A stretch of DNA of 64,000 bases, from NCBI GenBank assembly GCA_040954595.2, contig CM082592.2, positions 2,408,438 to 2,472,437 on the forward strand, read 5' to 3'. The notes below the pieces were generated by a model, which saw only the letters and a list, made by a program, of their open reading frames with translations, had not been told where the DNA came from and did not search any database. This DNA is from Balanoglossus misakiensis (Eukaryota; Animalia; Hemichordata). Made by a program: the position numbers and the translations under genes. Of the stretch, positions 1-12,260 are shown piece after piece; positions within the stretch are counted from its first letter, which is position 1; every line of letters begins with the position of its first letter.

Positions 1-74
1 ACACTAACTTACAGCCCTACATCACAGGATGGACATCTGACGGACTGTGCCTATAATCTGTGCATCATACACAC

Positions 75-3000
75 CTTATATTTCCTTCATAGTGACATCT
101 TATAACAACGGTCGGAGTGTCGTCCTCCCACTCATCCTGAAACACGAGAATGACAAGAATGTTTATCCTTCCATCTAACATCACTTATACTCCACATCGT
201 GGCCATAATCTGAGTGACTTCCATTATGATAACACACAGATTTGAAATAATATCAATATTTGCTATTGTTCCCCAACATGAATATAATGCTACAGATCTC
301 TCTTCACTTGCTCAAAACCGTACATTGTACTTCCGGTCAGCAGATTCGCAATGGGTGTATTACATGGAAATAAACCTATATTATTGCAAATTTGGATACT
401 TCGAATTTATGTGACATACCTCCCAGCCAGTATCCCCAACATCTTCTTCTATCTTAACATATGGTTCAGGAATCAGTCCCAATTTACCATTTATTTTACC
501 CTGCACACAAACAAATGCGAATAAATTCTATGAAAGTCTGTTCTCTTGTGCAAGTATACCGGGCATTCTAGGGGAGTATGAAAATGACTACATTTGCCAC
601 TGACTCGGCACTGTTTGGGTTAAAGCACGTAGCTCGTCTCACACGCATGTTCCAGCTGTAGCCGCTGGTTACAGACGTTTAGTGAACAGTCAATCCCATA
701 AGGCAGTGCTCTGTCCTAACAACAGAGAAGATGGCGGCGACCATAATCTGTGTCGGAGATCGTGAAAAGACACCAGCTTGGGTGAAAAGGAGGGACAAAA
801 CCAGAATCTACTTATACGGTGCGCATGAAATATGGAAGGAAGCGAAGGCAGTCCACTATTTGAATGCATCGAATGGAAAATTTTCTGAACATTTGCTGGC
901 TAAATTATGCGCATGTGTGTGAGACGAGCTAGTCGCTTTAAATGAGAATTGAAAGTCTCCAGAGGGTCTGAACATTTATCAAAAATTACAGAAACTGAAA
1001 ATCCACCAGAAACAAATGTGTATGGTACGATTTTGCATTTGCATCAGTGCAATTTCTGGAACCATATTAAAATTTCATCTTCAAAGTCTCTATTTCATTT
1101 TATACTCCATTCTCCAGGAAATAACACAATAAAATGATATTCTTACTTCAATCCAACTTCTGGTTATTGGAATGACATCACCTTTCTTGAAACTCAATTC
1201 TCCGCTAGTCGTTGCAACAAAGTCATACAGGGCCTGTGGTGTTAAACAACACACAGCAGTGTTGGTGCCAAAATGAAACATTTGCATGAAATATCAAAAC
1301 ATTTAAAGGGCGATGGTGTTCGTTTTATGCGCATATCAGATGTGTCAAACCAGAGGTCTCTGGTTACAATATTTGTACATGGTCAATGCCATAAGGCAGT
1401 AACAACAGACAAGATGGCGGCGACCATAGTCTGTTTTGGAGAGTGGGAAAAGACAGCAAATTTTGCATACAGAACAAATTTAACAGCTTTACCCACGCGT
1501 GTGCATTACAGAATAACGTCCTGGTTGACCATACATGCATTTGGGAAAAGGCCAGTGTGTCCTCTAAGCCCGTAAGACGCGCCACTCAGACTCAATAAAC
1601 TCACTGGTGACCCAAGAAAATTATCCACACTACATGCAAAGGCACATAGGGCTGACTCAGAGAAAATACACAGATAAGGTACCTGTAGATCAAGTTGACC
1701 TTGAATCTGAAAATCCTGCTTTCTTGATTTGCAGTCTTGTCACGGTCCCCCTGTCTCCTATAGTCTGTGTCAATACACCCCCTCCCCTGTCTCTCCTAAT
1801 CCACCCCTCACTTCCCCTGTATTGTCTCTGACTCCATGTTCCTGTTTATAAAAAGTCTATCAGTCCAGTATTCAATACAAATTCAACATGCTTACCAGAG
1901 CCCTGGGTCCAGTGATTGCAGCTACAGTGACTGGTTTATTTTCTTTGACACTTGTTGTTGGCGGTGGTTCTGGTTTGACACCAAGTCTGCAATATGGACA
2001 GAGGGAGAGGTGAAGTCATGCAGGCTCTTATTTCAAATCGGTTTCAATGACTCCAAGCATAGTAGTGAGACGACCTCACTTTGAATCACTTTCAACAACA
2101 CAAACACAGTCCCCTTTTGCAGATTTTTTTTTTGAGGGGGGGGGGGCGATTTTTTACTCTGGCAAGGGGGGAATGAAACATCTCCAACATATGAGTGACA
2201 TCATTTTTATATAATAAGGGGCACTGGTCCCCATTTTGCTAGTTGGTGCCCACATATCAACATGGGCATGAATACCCCCACCGCTAGGCCCCGCCCAGAT
2301 GAAACACTGTAATTTTTCAATTTGAGATAAGTGATATCAATGCAAATAAAACTGTTCTATTTAACAACTGCATTGATGCGATTTTTAAGACCAACATATT
2401 ATCCATACCCTATCCGACAAATGTGGGCATTCTTTGGCCAACAACATGAGACTCTGGTTACAAAAATTGTACAAAGTCAATGCCATAAGGCATGTGATAT
2501 GCTAACAACAGACAAGATGCCAGGACCATAATTTGTGTAGGAGATCGGAAAAAGACAGCAAATTGGGTGAAAAAGTTTCCTTAAACTGAGTACTGTGTGC
2601 ATGAAATATGGAAGGAAGCAAAGACAGTCCACTATTTGAATGCATCGAACGCAAAATTTGCAGAACATTTGGATTGGACGTAATGTTTGTACACATGAAA
2701 TTACACACATGTGTATAACACGATCGCCATTAAGTACAGAAAGTCTTACATTTACACTTCAAATGTAGGACTATTCATGTACACTGATATCGCAAATGAA
2801 ATCAAGCTGTACTCACGGTGTTTTGCTTTTGCTGTCTTGCTGTTGTTTGTGTGCCAACCATCTTGCCTTCTCTGATGGTGTCACATGCTGTATTTTACCG
2901 TTGGGAGCTTTGATGACTGGTGTGTCGATGTCTCCTGGCGTCTGACAGAGGAAATCCATCACTATATCATGCTGGGAAATCCTTGCGTCGAGAGCTACCA

Positions 3001-6000
3001 GTTTCTGAAGGGAGAAGAAATTGAGAAGTTGAATTGCAATGAACTTTATCCAGTGATGCAATGCTGCTACTGACTTAAAGGGACAAAAGCCTCTCTCTCT
3101 TGCTGCCCTTTATCCATTATTTATGTTGCATACAAGACACCGTTTATGTCATTCTACACGTGGATATATAGTGAATTATATTATACCAGTATATTGATGG
3201 TGTAAATCACGCTATTTGATTGGTCGAGACACGACACGTGACCGTGATATATTAGCCATATACCACAGTCATATATCATAGTTAAAGAAAATGCCTTTTT
3301 AAAATGTTTTATGCAAAGTTTCAATATACTGGCATAATATAATAGCAATAAAACACCCCCAGCCATGGTATACCACTCGATTTTGACCAGTTCAACTCCA
3401 TATACGCACTCGCTATCGCTCGTGCGTATATGTCGTGAACTGGTCAAAATCTCGTGATATACCATGGCTGGGGGTGTTTTATTGCTTAATCAACGTTCGA
3501 CCACACACAACTTCCATCCCACTTGCAGACACGAGAGTGAAAAACTCACCAAAATGAATAACCGGTGTTTACCATTTATTCATTTTGGCAAGTTTTCACT
3601 CTCATATCCTCCAAACGGGACGGAAGTTGTGTGTGGTCAAACGTCACTATACATCCACATGTAAAATAACACAAAAACTGTCTTGTATCAAACATAATTA
3701 ATGGAAAATAGGCAGCGAGAGAGAGAGACTTTGTCCCTTTAAGTTCTGTCAGAGTTCTACAAGTAGTTACACATATCAATCTGCTACAGCTTTTATGAAT
3801 AACAAAACCAAAGGACAATACATTTTTAATACTGTACACACTGGTGTCTCCAGAAATGTGGGCCTAAATGCAGATTTTGAAGACCTCAGTTAAGGTGGCA
3901 TTGCATGAAAAGTTGTGATTTTTGCCAAATTTTACTTTTTTACATAAATCGGTAGGCCTAATACTGACCCACAACCTGACTAATACGTCTTGGCGGAAAT
4001 GGTGCATAATCACCCTAAAATAGCACTTTTCTGAATGAGTTCACAGCTTAACAAATAGGTGTCAACAATGCAAATAGCCGTTTTTCTCAGTTTGCATTTT
4101 CGCTGCTCTTGACAACTTCGGACTAAAATAGCTTCGCCCTGCGTTGGCCGAATTTGCTCAAATTTTGACAGGGAATTGTGTATGACCCATCCAACAAAAC
4201 GCTAGTTTTGTTTGTCGATAAAGTGTCCCTGGCGGGAATAAACTCTGATTCAATACAACTCACCGTGAATTTGATCAAATTTTCTGAAAATCTAACTTTT
4301 AAACGCTGTTACTCCTCAATGGAAGCAGATAACGCAAAACAAAATTAGCGTTTTTTTGCACGTGTACTCTAGTTTTGAATGACATATTAAGATGCATGAT
4401 GCATGGTCAACTTTTTTACCTATTTTAAATTTCATGACATAATATCAAAAAATGGGTTTTTTTCACCCAAAATCACCACCATTTCCGGGTATCAATAATA
4501 TTTGCAACTCAAACAAAAGTTCAAAATCTCAGCTTCCAGAATATATATGGTTTATGGGGGTTTTAACTTTTTCTTTGATGAGAAATCGGCCTCTGAAAAA
4601 GTCTCGACGGTTTCATGCAGTGCCACCTTAATTGGTACACATACATGTATACATTCCAAGGGATGGGGATTTGAACGTAACTACCTTGGTGTGCACAACA
4701 CACAGATTTGTACAAAATGCAGTATGGATTAATTACCTTGAGATATCTGTTGAGATCAGGAACTCTCCTGTCTGCTACTTCTCTTACAGCACTTCTTTTC
4801 AAATAAATTTTGCCTGTGAAAAAATACACAGATTTGAATGCTATGTTGTCAATGCCAGGCATAAATAAAACACAGTCACAATTTAGTTAGTCATTATTTT
4901 TTGGGAATAAACTATAAATACTCCACTTATACTCATAATTGTATCATTTTGGGTGGTAGAGGTTAAAAGCTGTCATGATTATGAGCTTCAGTCTTACAAT
5001 CAGTACAACTTTCATTATAGCCCCAATAGCTGTCACTGGTAGCATATTTTGTAATTAATGAAACACTTGAATCTTCTCCTTAATATCCTTAGTTGACAAA
5101 TGACACTGTTTTGAATTTGTGAAGATTCTAACATCATGTGTACAAACAATGATAGCTGCACATAGTATGTACCCGGGACATTACAGAGTTTACTATATTC
5201 GGCTCAATCACGTATTAAGCACTCTACTCCAAGCGATCTACAACTTCACAAAATAATACAATGACAGTTGTATAATACTCTTGTAATGGGCAACTGAATA
5301 CATGTAAAAGGGTGTGGCACCCATTTATTACTGAACTTGATCATATTTAAATATGCAGCCACAATCAGAGGTTGATTACATGTTGGTGTATACCCATCAG
5401 TAAGTCCATTTCAATAGACCACAGTGACTCTAAGTTTGAAAAAAAAAGAAGCCAAAAATGGCAGCTATTGGGTCTTCAACAATGCTTGAATTCTTTTCAC
5501 GAAAGCAATTTTTACCTGGTAATGTTGGTAATTTCCTTGGTCCTGCATGACTAGCTTCATTGGGGAATCTGTCATCTAATCGTTCTTGTAGAGTGTTAAA
5601 ATAACTATATCGTCTCACAATCAGGTATGACTTCCCACTTTCTAGAGTCACTTCAATGAAATATACCTGATGTTCAGAAAGTCATGGTACAACACAAATC
5701 AATACATCAGAATTGGGAGTAGTACTTAGACAAAAATACTGTGAAACATGTTATTTTCGCGAGCAATAAGTTTTTCGCAAAATACGCGAGAGCCAAAATA
5801 ACGTGAATTGTTTTTTTCAGTGATAACGATGCAGTAAATAAAATAAGAGAACGCGAAAATTAATACTCGCAAAACAGTTGCCTCTTTTGATATCGCGAAA
5901 ATTTCCTGACGCGAAAATAACATGTTTTGCTTCAAACAGTTTGTAACACAGTTTCAACTTTTCACACTCTAAGGATCAGTCAGTATGTCAGCCGACTTAC

Positions 6001-7097
6001 TCAAGATGGTGCAGGCATGTAATTCGCTCCAAATTGCACTCGCCTAATGACTCGTGCTACATGTCTAAAATTGTACCCAAATTTTGTGTATACCCGCCTG
6101 TGGCAGGGGTAATCGTTAAATCATAGGCTCATAGCACTGGTAATCATTTGGAAATTTTGTGGACATTTAGTGATTTTCAGAAAAAAAATATCTTTTCCAG
6201 GATTTTCAAAAGACAATAAAATGAAATTCAATACTTTCAATTTCAAAGATACAGCAATAAAGAATACTGTGTTACGACACACCCTGTTTAGTCGCTTAGT
6301 CAAGAGAGGAGTAGTTTTTCTTTGCATAACAAAGGGCCCTGCCTTTTCAACTAGTTCATTTAAATATTAGTAATAACCAGATGGTCACCCATATAAAAGG
6401 CCTTCTCACAAAAACCATGAGGCACACTTCTCAACACTGACTCGGAGGAGCATGTCACTCCAGCTCCACATCGCCTTGGGAATTAGGAATTTACCTAGCT
6501 GGGCTGGACTCTGTGAGCAACGGGCTTTGTGTGAGCAACGGACTACTGTGAGCAACTGGCTTCAATGAATGTCGGACTTTGTCAGCAATGGACTTGTGTG
6601 CCTTGGTGAGGCTTGAGTTCGGCCAGGACTTTTGTGGACTCGGTAACTCCTCGACCAAGCAGGGTAAGACACATAGAACATTTTTTTTCTGTGCGACCTT
6701 TTGATTTTAGAATGTTAATTTTTCAATTAAACATTGTGTTGTTGAACTACAAACTCCATTGTGTGCTCCCGGTTTTTTCTACCGTAACAACTGTAAAACG
6801 GGTAGCTTTGGCGAATGATAAATTTTTTCACAAACTTTGCGAGAGCCCCCCAAAAGTAGTTGGGAAACAACAATATGTATAATAGAATTATTTTTCCGCA
6901 GATTAGAGAACGCGAAAATTAATCATTGCAAAATAGTCACCTTTGTTGACATCGTGAAAATTCCCATTAAACAGACAGTTACAGACAGACTACTCACATA
7001 GTATTTAGTTAGATTGGCAAGATTTATGGATCTTCTTTTTTCCATATCAATGATGACAGCAGATACCACACGATCATTCTTAAGATCATATCTGGGA
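75..7097 (-). CDS. NCF4: p40phox / neutrophil cytosolic factor 4-like (PX-SH3-PB1), multi-exon, incomplete at both ends
   Basis: Phase-compatible GT-AG exons (minus): 6998-7097, 5516-5666, 4737-4813, 2817-3004, 1896-1986, 1147-1233, 420-500, 75-136. Spliced peptide: PRYDLKNDRVVSAVIIDMEKRRS...VYFIEVTLESGKSYLIVRRYSYFNTLQERLDDRF...LPTLPGKIYLKRSAVREVADRRVPDLNRYLK (PX domain, resembling human p40phox FVIEVKTKGGSKYLIYRRY...LPTLPAKVY), GPRALALYDFVATTSGELSFKKGDVI...WIEGKINGKLGLIPEPYV (SH3), then VIRCHYEG (start of PB1). Start exon not identified; 3' end is outside the window. Confidence 0.88.
620..941. mobile_element. Non-autonomous DNA transposon, TTAA-flanked (Kolobok-like MITE)
   Basis: TTAA-AGCACGTAGCTCGTCTCACACGCATG ... 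CATGTGTGTGAGACGAGCTAGTCGCT-TTAA inverted termini. Related internal sequence (AACAGACAAGATGGCGGCGACCATA) recurs at about 1303-1500 and 2450-2733. Confidence 0.7.
3075..3742. mobile_element. TTAA-flanked MITE (Kolobok-like) carrying a nested ~310-bp hairpin element
   Basis: TTAAAGGGACAAA...CTTTGTCCCTTTAA termini. Same family at 38928-39214, 41449-41681 (partial) and 42278-42637. Confidence 0.8.
3177..3487. mobile_element. ~310-bp interspersed repeat with a long internal hairpin, nested in the MITE
   Basis: Near-identical copy at about 40572-40884. The 3' half is an inverted repeat AGCAATAAAACACCCCCAGCCATGG...CCATGGCTGGGGGTGTTTTATTGCT. Confidence 0.8.
3890..4631. mobile_element. Non-autonomous DNA transposon with TTAA TSD (Kolobok-like)
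   Basis: TTAA-GGTGGCATTGCATGAAA ... TTTCATGCAGTGCCACC-TTAA. Confidence 0.8.
5737..5930. mobile_element. Short MITE with CGCGAAAAT-type inverted termini
   Basis: AAACATGTTATTTTCGCG ... CGCGAAAATAACATGTTT inverted pair. Related fragment at about 6780-6965. Confidence 0.55.
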
Positions 7098-7934
7098 CTG
7101 TTGGGGGAAAAAACAAAGGAGAAAGTTAGACAACAGAGAAATCAGCTCCAGAAAATTTCTTATCAGCACCAATTGGGATTTGTGTTTAGAACCACAACAA
7201 TATGTTTGTTTATTTTTGGAAAAAACATCAAATTAAAATTTCATGAGGTCTTGTTGAGTTGTTGACAGGATATGGTCAATGTAATATTTGATGACCTGAT
7301 TAGTTTTATCATCCTGCAGACATAACAATACCATAATGTATAATTTCTGGCAGTATGTTTTCAATGTAATGCCTGTAAAGTTCTATTGTAATTTGTTTTA
7401 TTTCTCTTATTCAATCTGAGATATTATTTTAATATAATGTGCTTTAGGTATAACAGATACAGATAAAGATTATTTTCTTCTCAGATTGGTATTTCCATGA
7501 TATTTATACCAGTACTGGCAGTATACTGTAAAGTCCCTCTGGGAATAATGAATGCACAATTCTCTGTCTATACGAACATAAAAACACATATGCCTATTAG
7601 CCATCTGGCTATATATTCAGCCAAGGCACGTTCATTCTTGACCATAGTGACATATATTGCAAAGGGCGATGGCACATACCACGAGTCGCATGTTTATGAT
7701 GTGAATTAATGATAATACTAGTATAAGTATACAATCAATATTTCACCAGAGCCGGTGGCATTCTGTAATCATCATGTGATAGGAAACATAATACATTTGT
7801 ACACTGTTTGCACAAGAGGGAAGCACTTTTCTGGGGATGTAAAACATTGCCTGAACATGTCCAGTCCCTCCACTGAATTTATCTGAGACGTGATCAATGA
7901 ATAGTCGTGACAAAGTCTCCAAGCAACATTATTT

Positions 7935-9735
7935 AGAGAATAATGAACGCCCCAAAGACCCATAATGGACGAAAGCACACATTGTGCGTCATAACATATG
8001 AGGCGAAGCCGAGTATATTATGGAGCACAATGTGTGCTTGAGTCCATTATGGGTCTTTGGGGCGTTCATTATTCTCATTATTTTATAGTTTTGTCAATGC
8101 CAGTGAATTTGCAGACTTCAAAAAGTATAGGTGCGAACAATTCAGACTCGGACACGGAGATCGAGAAGAGCAATGGCGTACGCGTAAACAAAAGGTCACC
8201 TGATCGCGGTGTATCAGTGTACTGTACATTTCTAGTATCATATTCAAACATCAGGAAATAAATAATGAAGGTTTATTAACGCATGTGAAATTCATTTAAG
8301 GGTTCTGCTGAAATATATCTGAAAAAGTTTCGATTTTTGTGTAATCTTGGGGAGGACTCGGGGAATATTTGAATTCGTTTGCGTTCTCAGAAAAGTTCAC
8401 GTATACGGGCGCTCGGAAGGTTGCAATACATAAACAAACTCGCCCTCGATCGACCCTTCGTACCGCGTAGACAACATGACAGTGACACTTGCGGCATACT
8501 TTTTTTTACGTATAGCTTCGTTGACATGACTGCTTGGTACATGGTACACGGTATGTATGGTGAACGAATGTCAAATCCAGCATCATCGAGAAGGTTTGTT
8601 TTACGTGCGTGAGCGAGCAATGTTGACTGCGCGTGATTCAAGAGCAGACGACATGTACATGTACTGCAGCCGTAGGAAGACAAAATATTAAAACAAAACG
8701 CCAGTCGAGGACAGATTTGGAAATTAATAAATATCGCCGTATTTATTCTGTGTACGTTTGCATTTCTTATTTTAGCCCTCTAAATGTTCGCATTGTCTGA
8801 AAACTTCCGTTAGGCTGCATTCACAAACACCTCTGGAGGGGGGGACGGGAGAATTCAATTTTTTTTACCGCTAATTTTCACATGCCCCCCGTACACAACC
8901 CGAATATTTTCAAATCCCCCCCTTCCGAACTGCCAAAATTTTGACATCCCCCCCCACCCATTTTCTTTCACAGAGCAAAACACATCACCTATCTATCTTG
9001 TAAAAAAAGAAAAACAGCGCTCCCATGAAAAGAATTTGAAACTGATGTACCCCCTCACTGAACATTGTTTTTATTTTTAAGTATTTGTATTCTGTGTTAG
9101 GAGACATTGTAAACCGAGAATTGAAGGGGTGGGATTAAGAGGGGGTATCCCCCTCCCACGTAAGAAAATTTTATAAAATACAGAGCTCAAAGCTGCATTT
9201 TAATGAACCCGGCAAAAGCAAATTAACTCAACTACCGATATGTTGGGGAGGACAAACTTAACCGTCAACGCTCAAAGTTATCATGGGGTGGGGGCAAATC
9301 CCCTGACCTGGGACACTAGATAAACCAGTCAATGATTGAAAGGTGCTGATGAATGGAGGGGGTGGGTGTGGGAGGGGGTGTCCCCCTCCCACATTAGAAA
9401 ATTTTGTAAAATAAAGGGCGCGAAACTGCATATTTGTGGACTCAAAATAAATATTTAATCGTCAAAGTTTTCAAGTCCCCCCCTTTCAGTCCCTAAATTA
9501 TTTCAAATCCCCCCCCTTACATACCCTCAATTTTTTCAAATCCCCCCCCCCCTCAATTCTCCTGCCCCCCCCTCCAGAGGTGTTTGTGAATGCAGCCTTA
9601 TTCAGTCGGAAATTGTACACGTCCACTGGTTCTTGGGTGCGTCGCGCGTCCATCGAATAACACGATACATTATCAGTAATAATGTATAGCTATGACGTCA
9701 CAAAATTCACTGGTATTGATAAAGCTATAATATAA
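7935..9735. mobile_element. Hairpin-bearing interspersed element that hosts the Harbinger MITE
   Basis: Palindrome TAATGAACGCCCCAAAGACCCATAATGGAC...GTCCATTATGGGTCTTTGGGGCGTTCATTA at about 7941-8070. A further inverted pair TTATAGTTTTGTCAATGCCAGTGAATTT (~8083) / AAATTCACTGGTATTGATAAAGCTATAA (~9703). Boundaries approximate. Confidence 0.5.
8813..9597. mobile_element. PIF/Harbinger-like MITE
   Basis: TIR GGCTGCATTCACAAACACCTCTGGAGGG / CCCTCCAGAGGTGTTTGTGAATGCAGCC with a 3-bp TTA duplication on both sides. Confidence 0.85.
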
Positions 9736-10932
9736 TATCACATAATGCATTGTGAATGTGAGTGAATAATGCTACTTCAGCTGAATTATTTCTGGTTTAT
9801 TTGTGATTTCCGTTTTCCTGGAACTTGGAAGACAGAGGTTTCACCTGTTGGTTTGTGGGTCAAGTTCAGCAGTCACTGAGTCAGTGCCAAACCCCACCAC
9901 CTCGGGGCATAGTGGGGGATATGGAAATTAGTCATGGTTAGACAATGTGGCATATCCCCACACTTCCCCAACCCTAGCTGAAATGATTGTTGCGGGTGTA
10001 CTAGCAGCACCCGCTACAATCATTGCAGCTACCCCAATCCCAACAAGTGGGGCATTTATTAAATTCGTTGCTTAATCGTGATGGTGGCGACTAGGGGTCA
10101 ATATGAAGCAAATGACCCATCCCTTCTGACTTAGTTCCTTGGCAAACCTCATTTGACCCTTATCGCCCGAGGTGGGCACCCTCGCCGAGGGGAGACAGCT
10201 ACCCAAGGCAGAATCTCGAGCGACTGAAATGAGCTTAGCAAAGGGGAATCTTACACAACGTCATTCTAAAAACATATGTGACATACTTACGCACTAGCGG
10301 CGAGTAAGGCAGTCATTGTATTCAACAGAATCTAGCCAGTTCGCTAAGACCAGAACTGTCTCTCTCTTGGTAAAGGTTTGACACCATCGCTACCAGCCTC
10401 TCAGCTCCAGAGGGCGCCGTCAATGACCTTTGACATTTCAAAGACGTAGTGCGTGTATTTAAAATATATTCATATTTTATAGGAGTTTCTTATTAATATG
10501 TAGAAGGTGGTCTGGCCAATGATGCGTGACGTGCCAGGAAAGCCACGCCAGTCACCCGTTTCCCCACTCTTTGTTATGAAAATCACGACCTTTTCTTTTC
10601 AAATGTAAATTTTTGGGTCAAATACACTGTCGGCCTTGGTACTTTGGTACTTTGCGTTTTATAAATGTTTCACTACGAAATGTTTCCTTGATGTACAGGA
10701 GCTGAGATATCTGTACAAATAGCCGACGAATTTTAAAAACTGTTGGAATCAATTCGCATGTATGCTAACAGTCACTTGCACTTAGCTGCGCTATTGTCAT
10801 ATGTGGCCCAAAATGAACCAACGATTCACACGACCAAGTCCCACGACCGGTCGTACGACCGATTTACAGTCGCGAATATCATGAATATAAACTCACAAGA
10901 CACCCTTTTTAAAGCTCGCGTACGTTAAAAGG

Positions 10933-11085
10933 TAGTCTTGCTCCAAGATTGTGTGATACTGAAAATGAAATGCGCGTCTGCGTTACGTATAGAACGTCCT
11001 GTGGACGCGACGCTAATCACCTGGCGGCGCGTCGTACGAAAGTTCCATTCCCTATCGACAGGCACAGCGACTGCCATAGATTCTA
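10933..11085. mobile_element. 153-bp insertion with 9-bp TSD (Mutator-like MITE)
   Basis: TAG...CTA ends flanked by GTTAAAAGG on both sides. Absent from the mirror arm at ~19400. A relative lies at about 40296-40408. Confidence 0.75.
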
Positions 11086-11374
11086 GTTAAAAGGCAGTAG
11101 GACTATCAACGCATGGAATTCGCGCATGCGCCAAGCCTATCAAATCGGGCATAATGTTACGGGGGGGGGGGGGGGGGGCTATATCGTTTTTTTAGTATGA
11201 CCCCCCCCCCCCCACACACACACACACACATCATCAACCAGCAGCAGTAGCAGGTCGAGGAACACGAGGAAGGAAGCTGTACGACCGTTTGTAGGTCGTG
11301 GCTATATGTTTTTGATTTTCCCGTCCCTTCTCTCTCAACGACCGACTGGGTTGTGCTATTACAGTTTTTTTTTT

Positions 11375-11725
11375 CGACATATCTTCTCCCACGACCGCTT
11401 TTTTGGTCGTGGCTATGTTAATTTCCAATTTCTCGACATATCTTCTCCCACGACCGCTTTTTTGGTCGTGGCTATGTTAATTTCCAATTTCTCGACATAT
11501 CTTCTCCCACGACCGCTTTTTTGGTCGTGGCTATGTTAATTTCCAATTTCTCGACATATCTTCTCCCACGACCGCTTTTTTGGTCGTGGCTATGTTAATT
11601 TCCAATTTCTCGACATATCTTCTCCCAGGACCGGTTTTTTGGTCGTGGCTATGTTTATAATAATTTCCAATTTCTCGACATATCTTCTCCCACGACCGGT
11701 TTTTGGTCGTGGATGTGTTAAGTCT
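11375..11725 (+). repeat. 59-bp tandem repeat (~6 copies), each with a CCACGACC-N-GGTCGTGG hairpin
   Basis: Unit TTTCCAATTTCTCGACATATCTTCTCCCACGACCGCTTTTTTGGTCGTGGCTATGTTAA. Confidence 0.95.
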
Positions 11726-12260
11726 TTGATTTCTTGGTGTTTCTTCTGCCGTGTCTTTATGTCTTCACTCTGGTCCATGGGCCGTCACTCAAGTGTTTTA
11801 CCGACATGTATTGTATAAGGCGCGCGCCAAATAAATAAACATTCTAGTTGCGCGTAAACAGCGGTTGCGCATGTGCAGCCGCCTCAGCAGCCGATCAACA
11901 ATTCGATCTTTATTCGATAAATGCATAAAAATTTGGTGGTTATTCTGGCAACAGCATGCATATATTATACTTGTCAATTAGCTGATCAACCTGGTCATCT
12001 GACCAAATATTTTTTCTTGAAAAAACAACAAAAAAGTTTGCGAATTTCAACTGCATACATGTATTACTATTGACATAATAAACTAACTATATTGCACTTC
12101 AACAGTATCCCCATCAATAAAAACATTTTTCTCAGTAAGCAGGTGATATGTGAGTCTATATCAGTAAAGAAAAAAATACTAGCTTGGGTGCTTAATTTAA
12201 TTGATGAATACGGAATGTTTAATCGTGATACCAAATTGGACAAAATTTAAACGTTACTAA

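Noticed and set aside
1681-1841. Possible extra NCF4 exon (minus strand, AG and GT present)
   Set aside because: Stops in all three frames, and exon 1896-1986 already joins 1147-1233 in phase (GPRAL-ALYDF).
3181-3465. Duplicated 94-aa ORF (also 40577-40861) as a small gene family
   Set aside because: Lies wholly in a palindromic interspersed repeat; the identity reflects recent transposition.
6505-6600. Short TGTGAGCAAC repeats
   Set aside because: Only 3-4 degenerate copies within an intron, probably a TE remnant; nothing further supportable.
11375-11725. CRISPR-like palindromic repeats (also 18998-19318)
   Set aside because: The sequence between hairpins is the same in each unit, so there are no unique spacers. 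No cas genes, and the context is eukaryotic.
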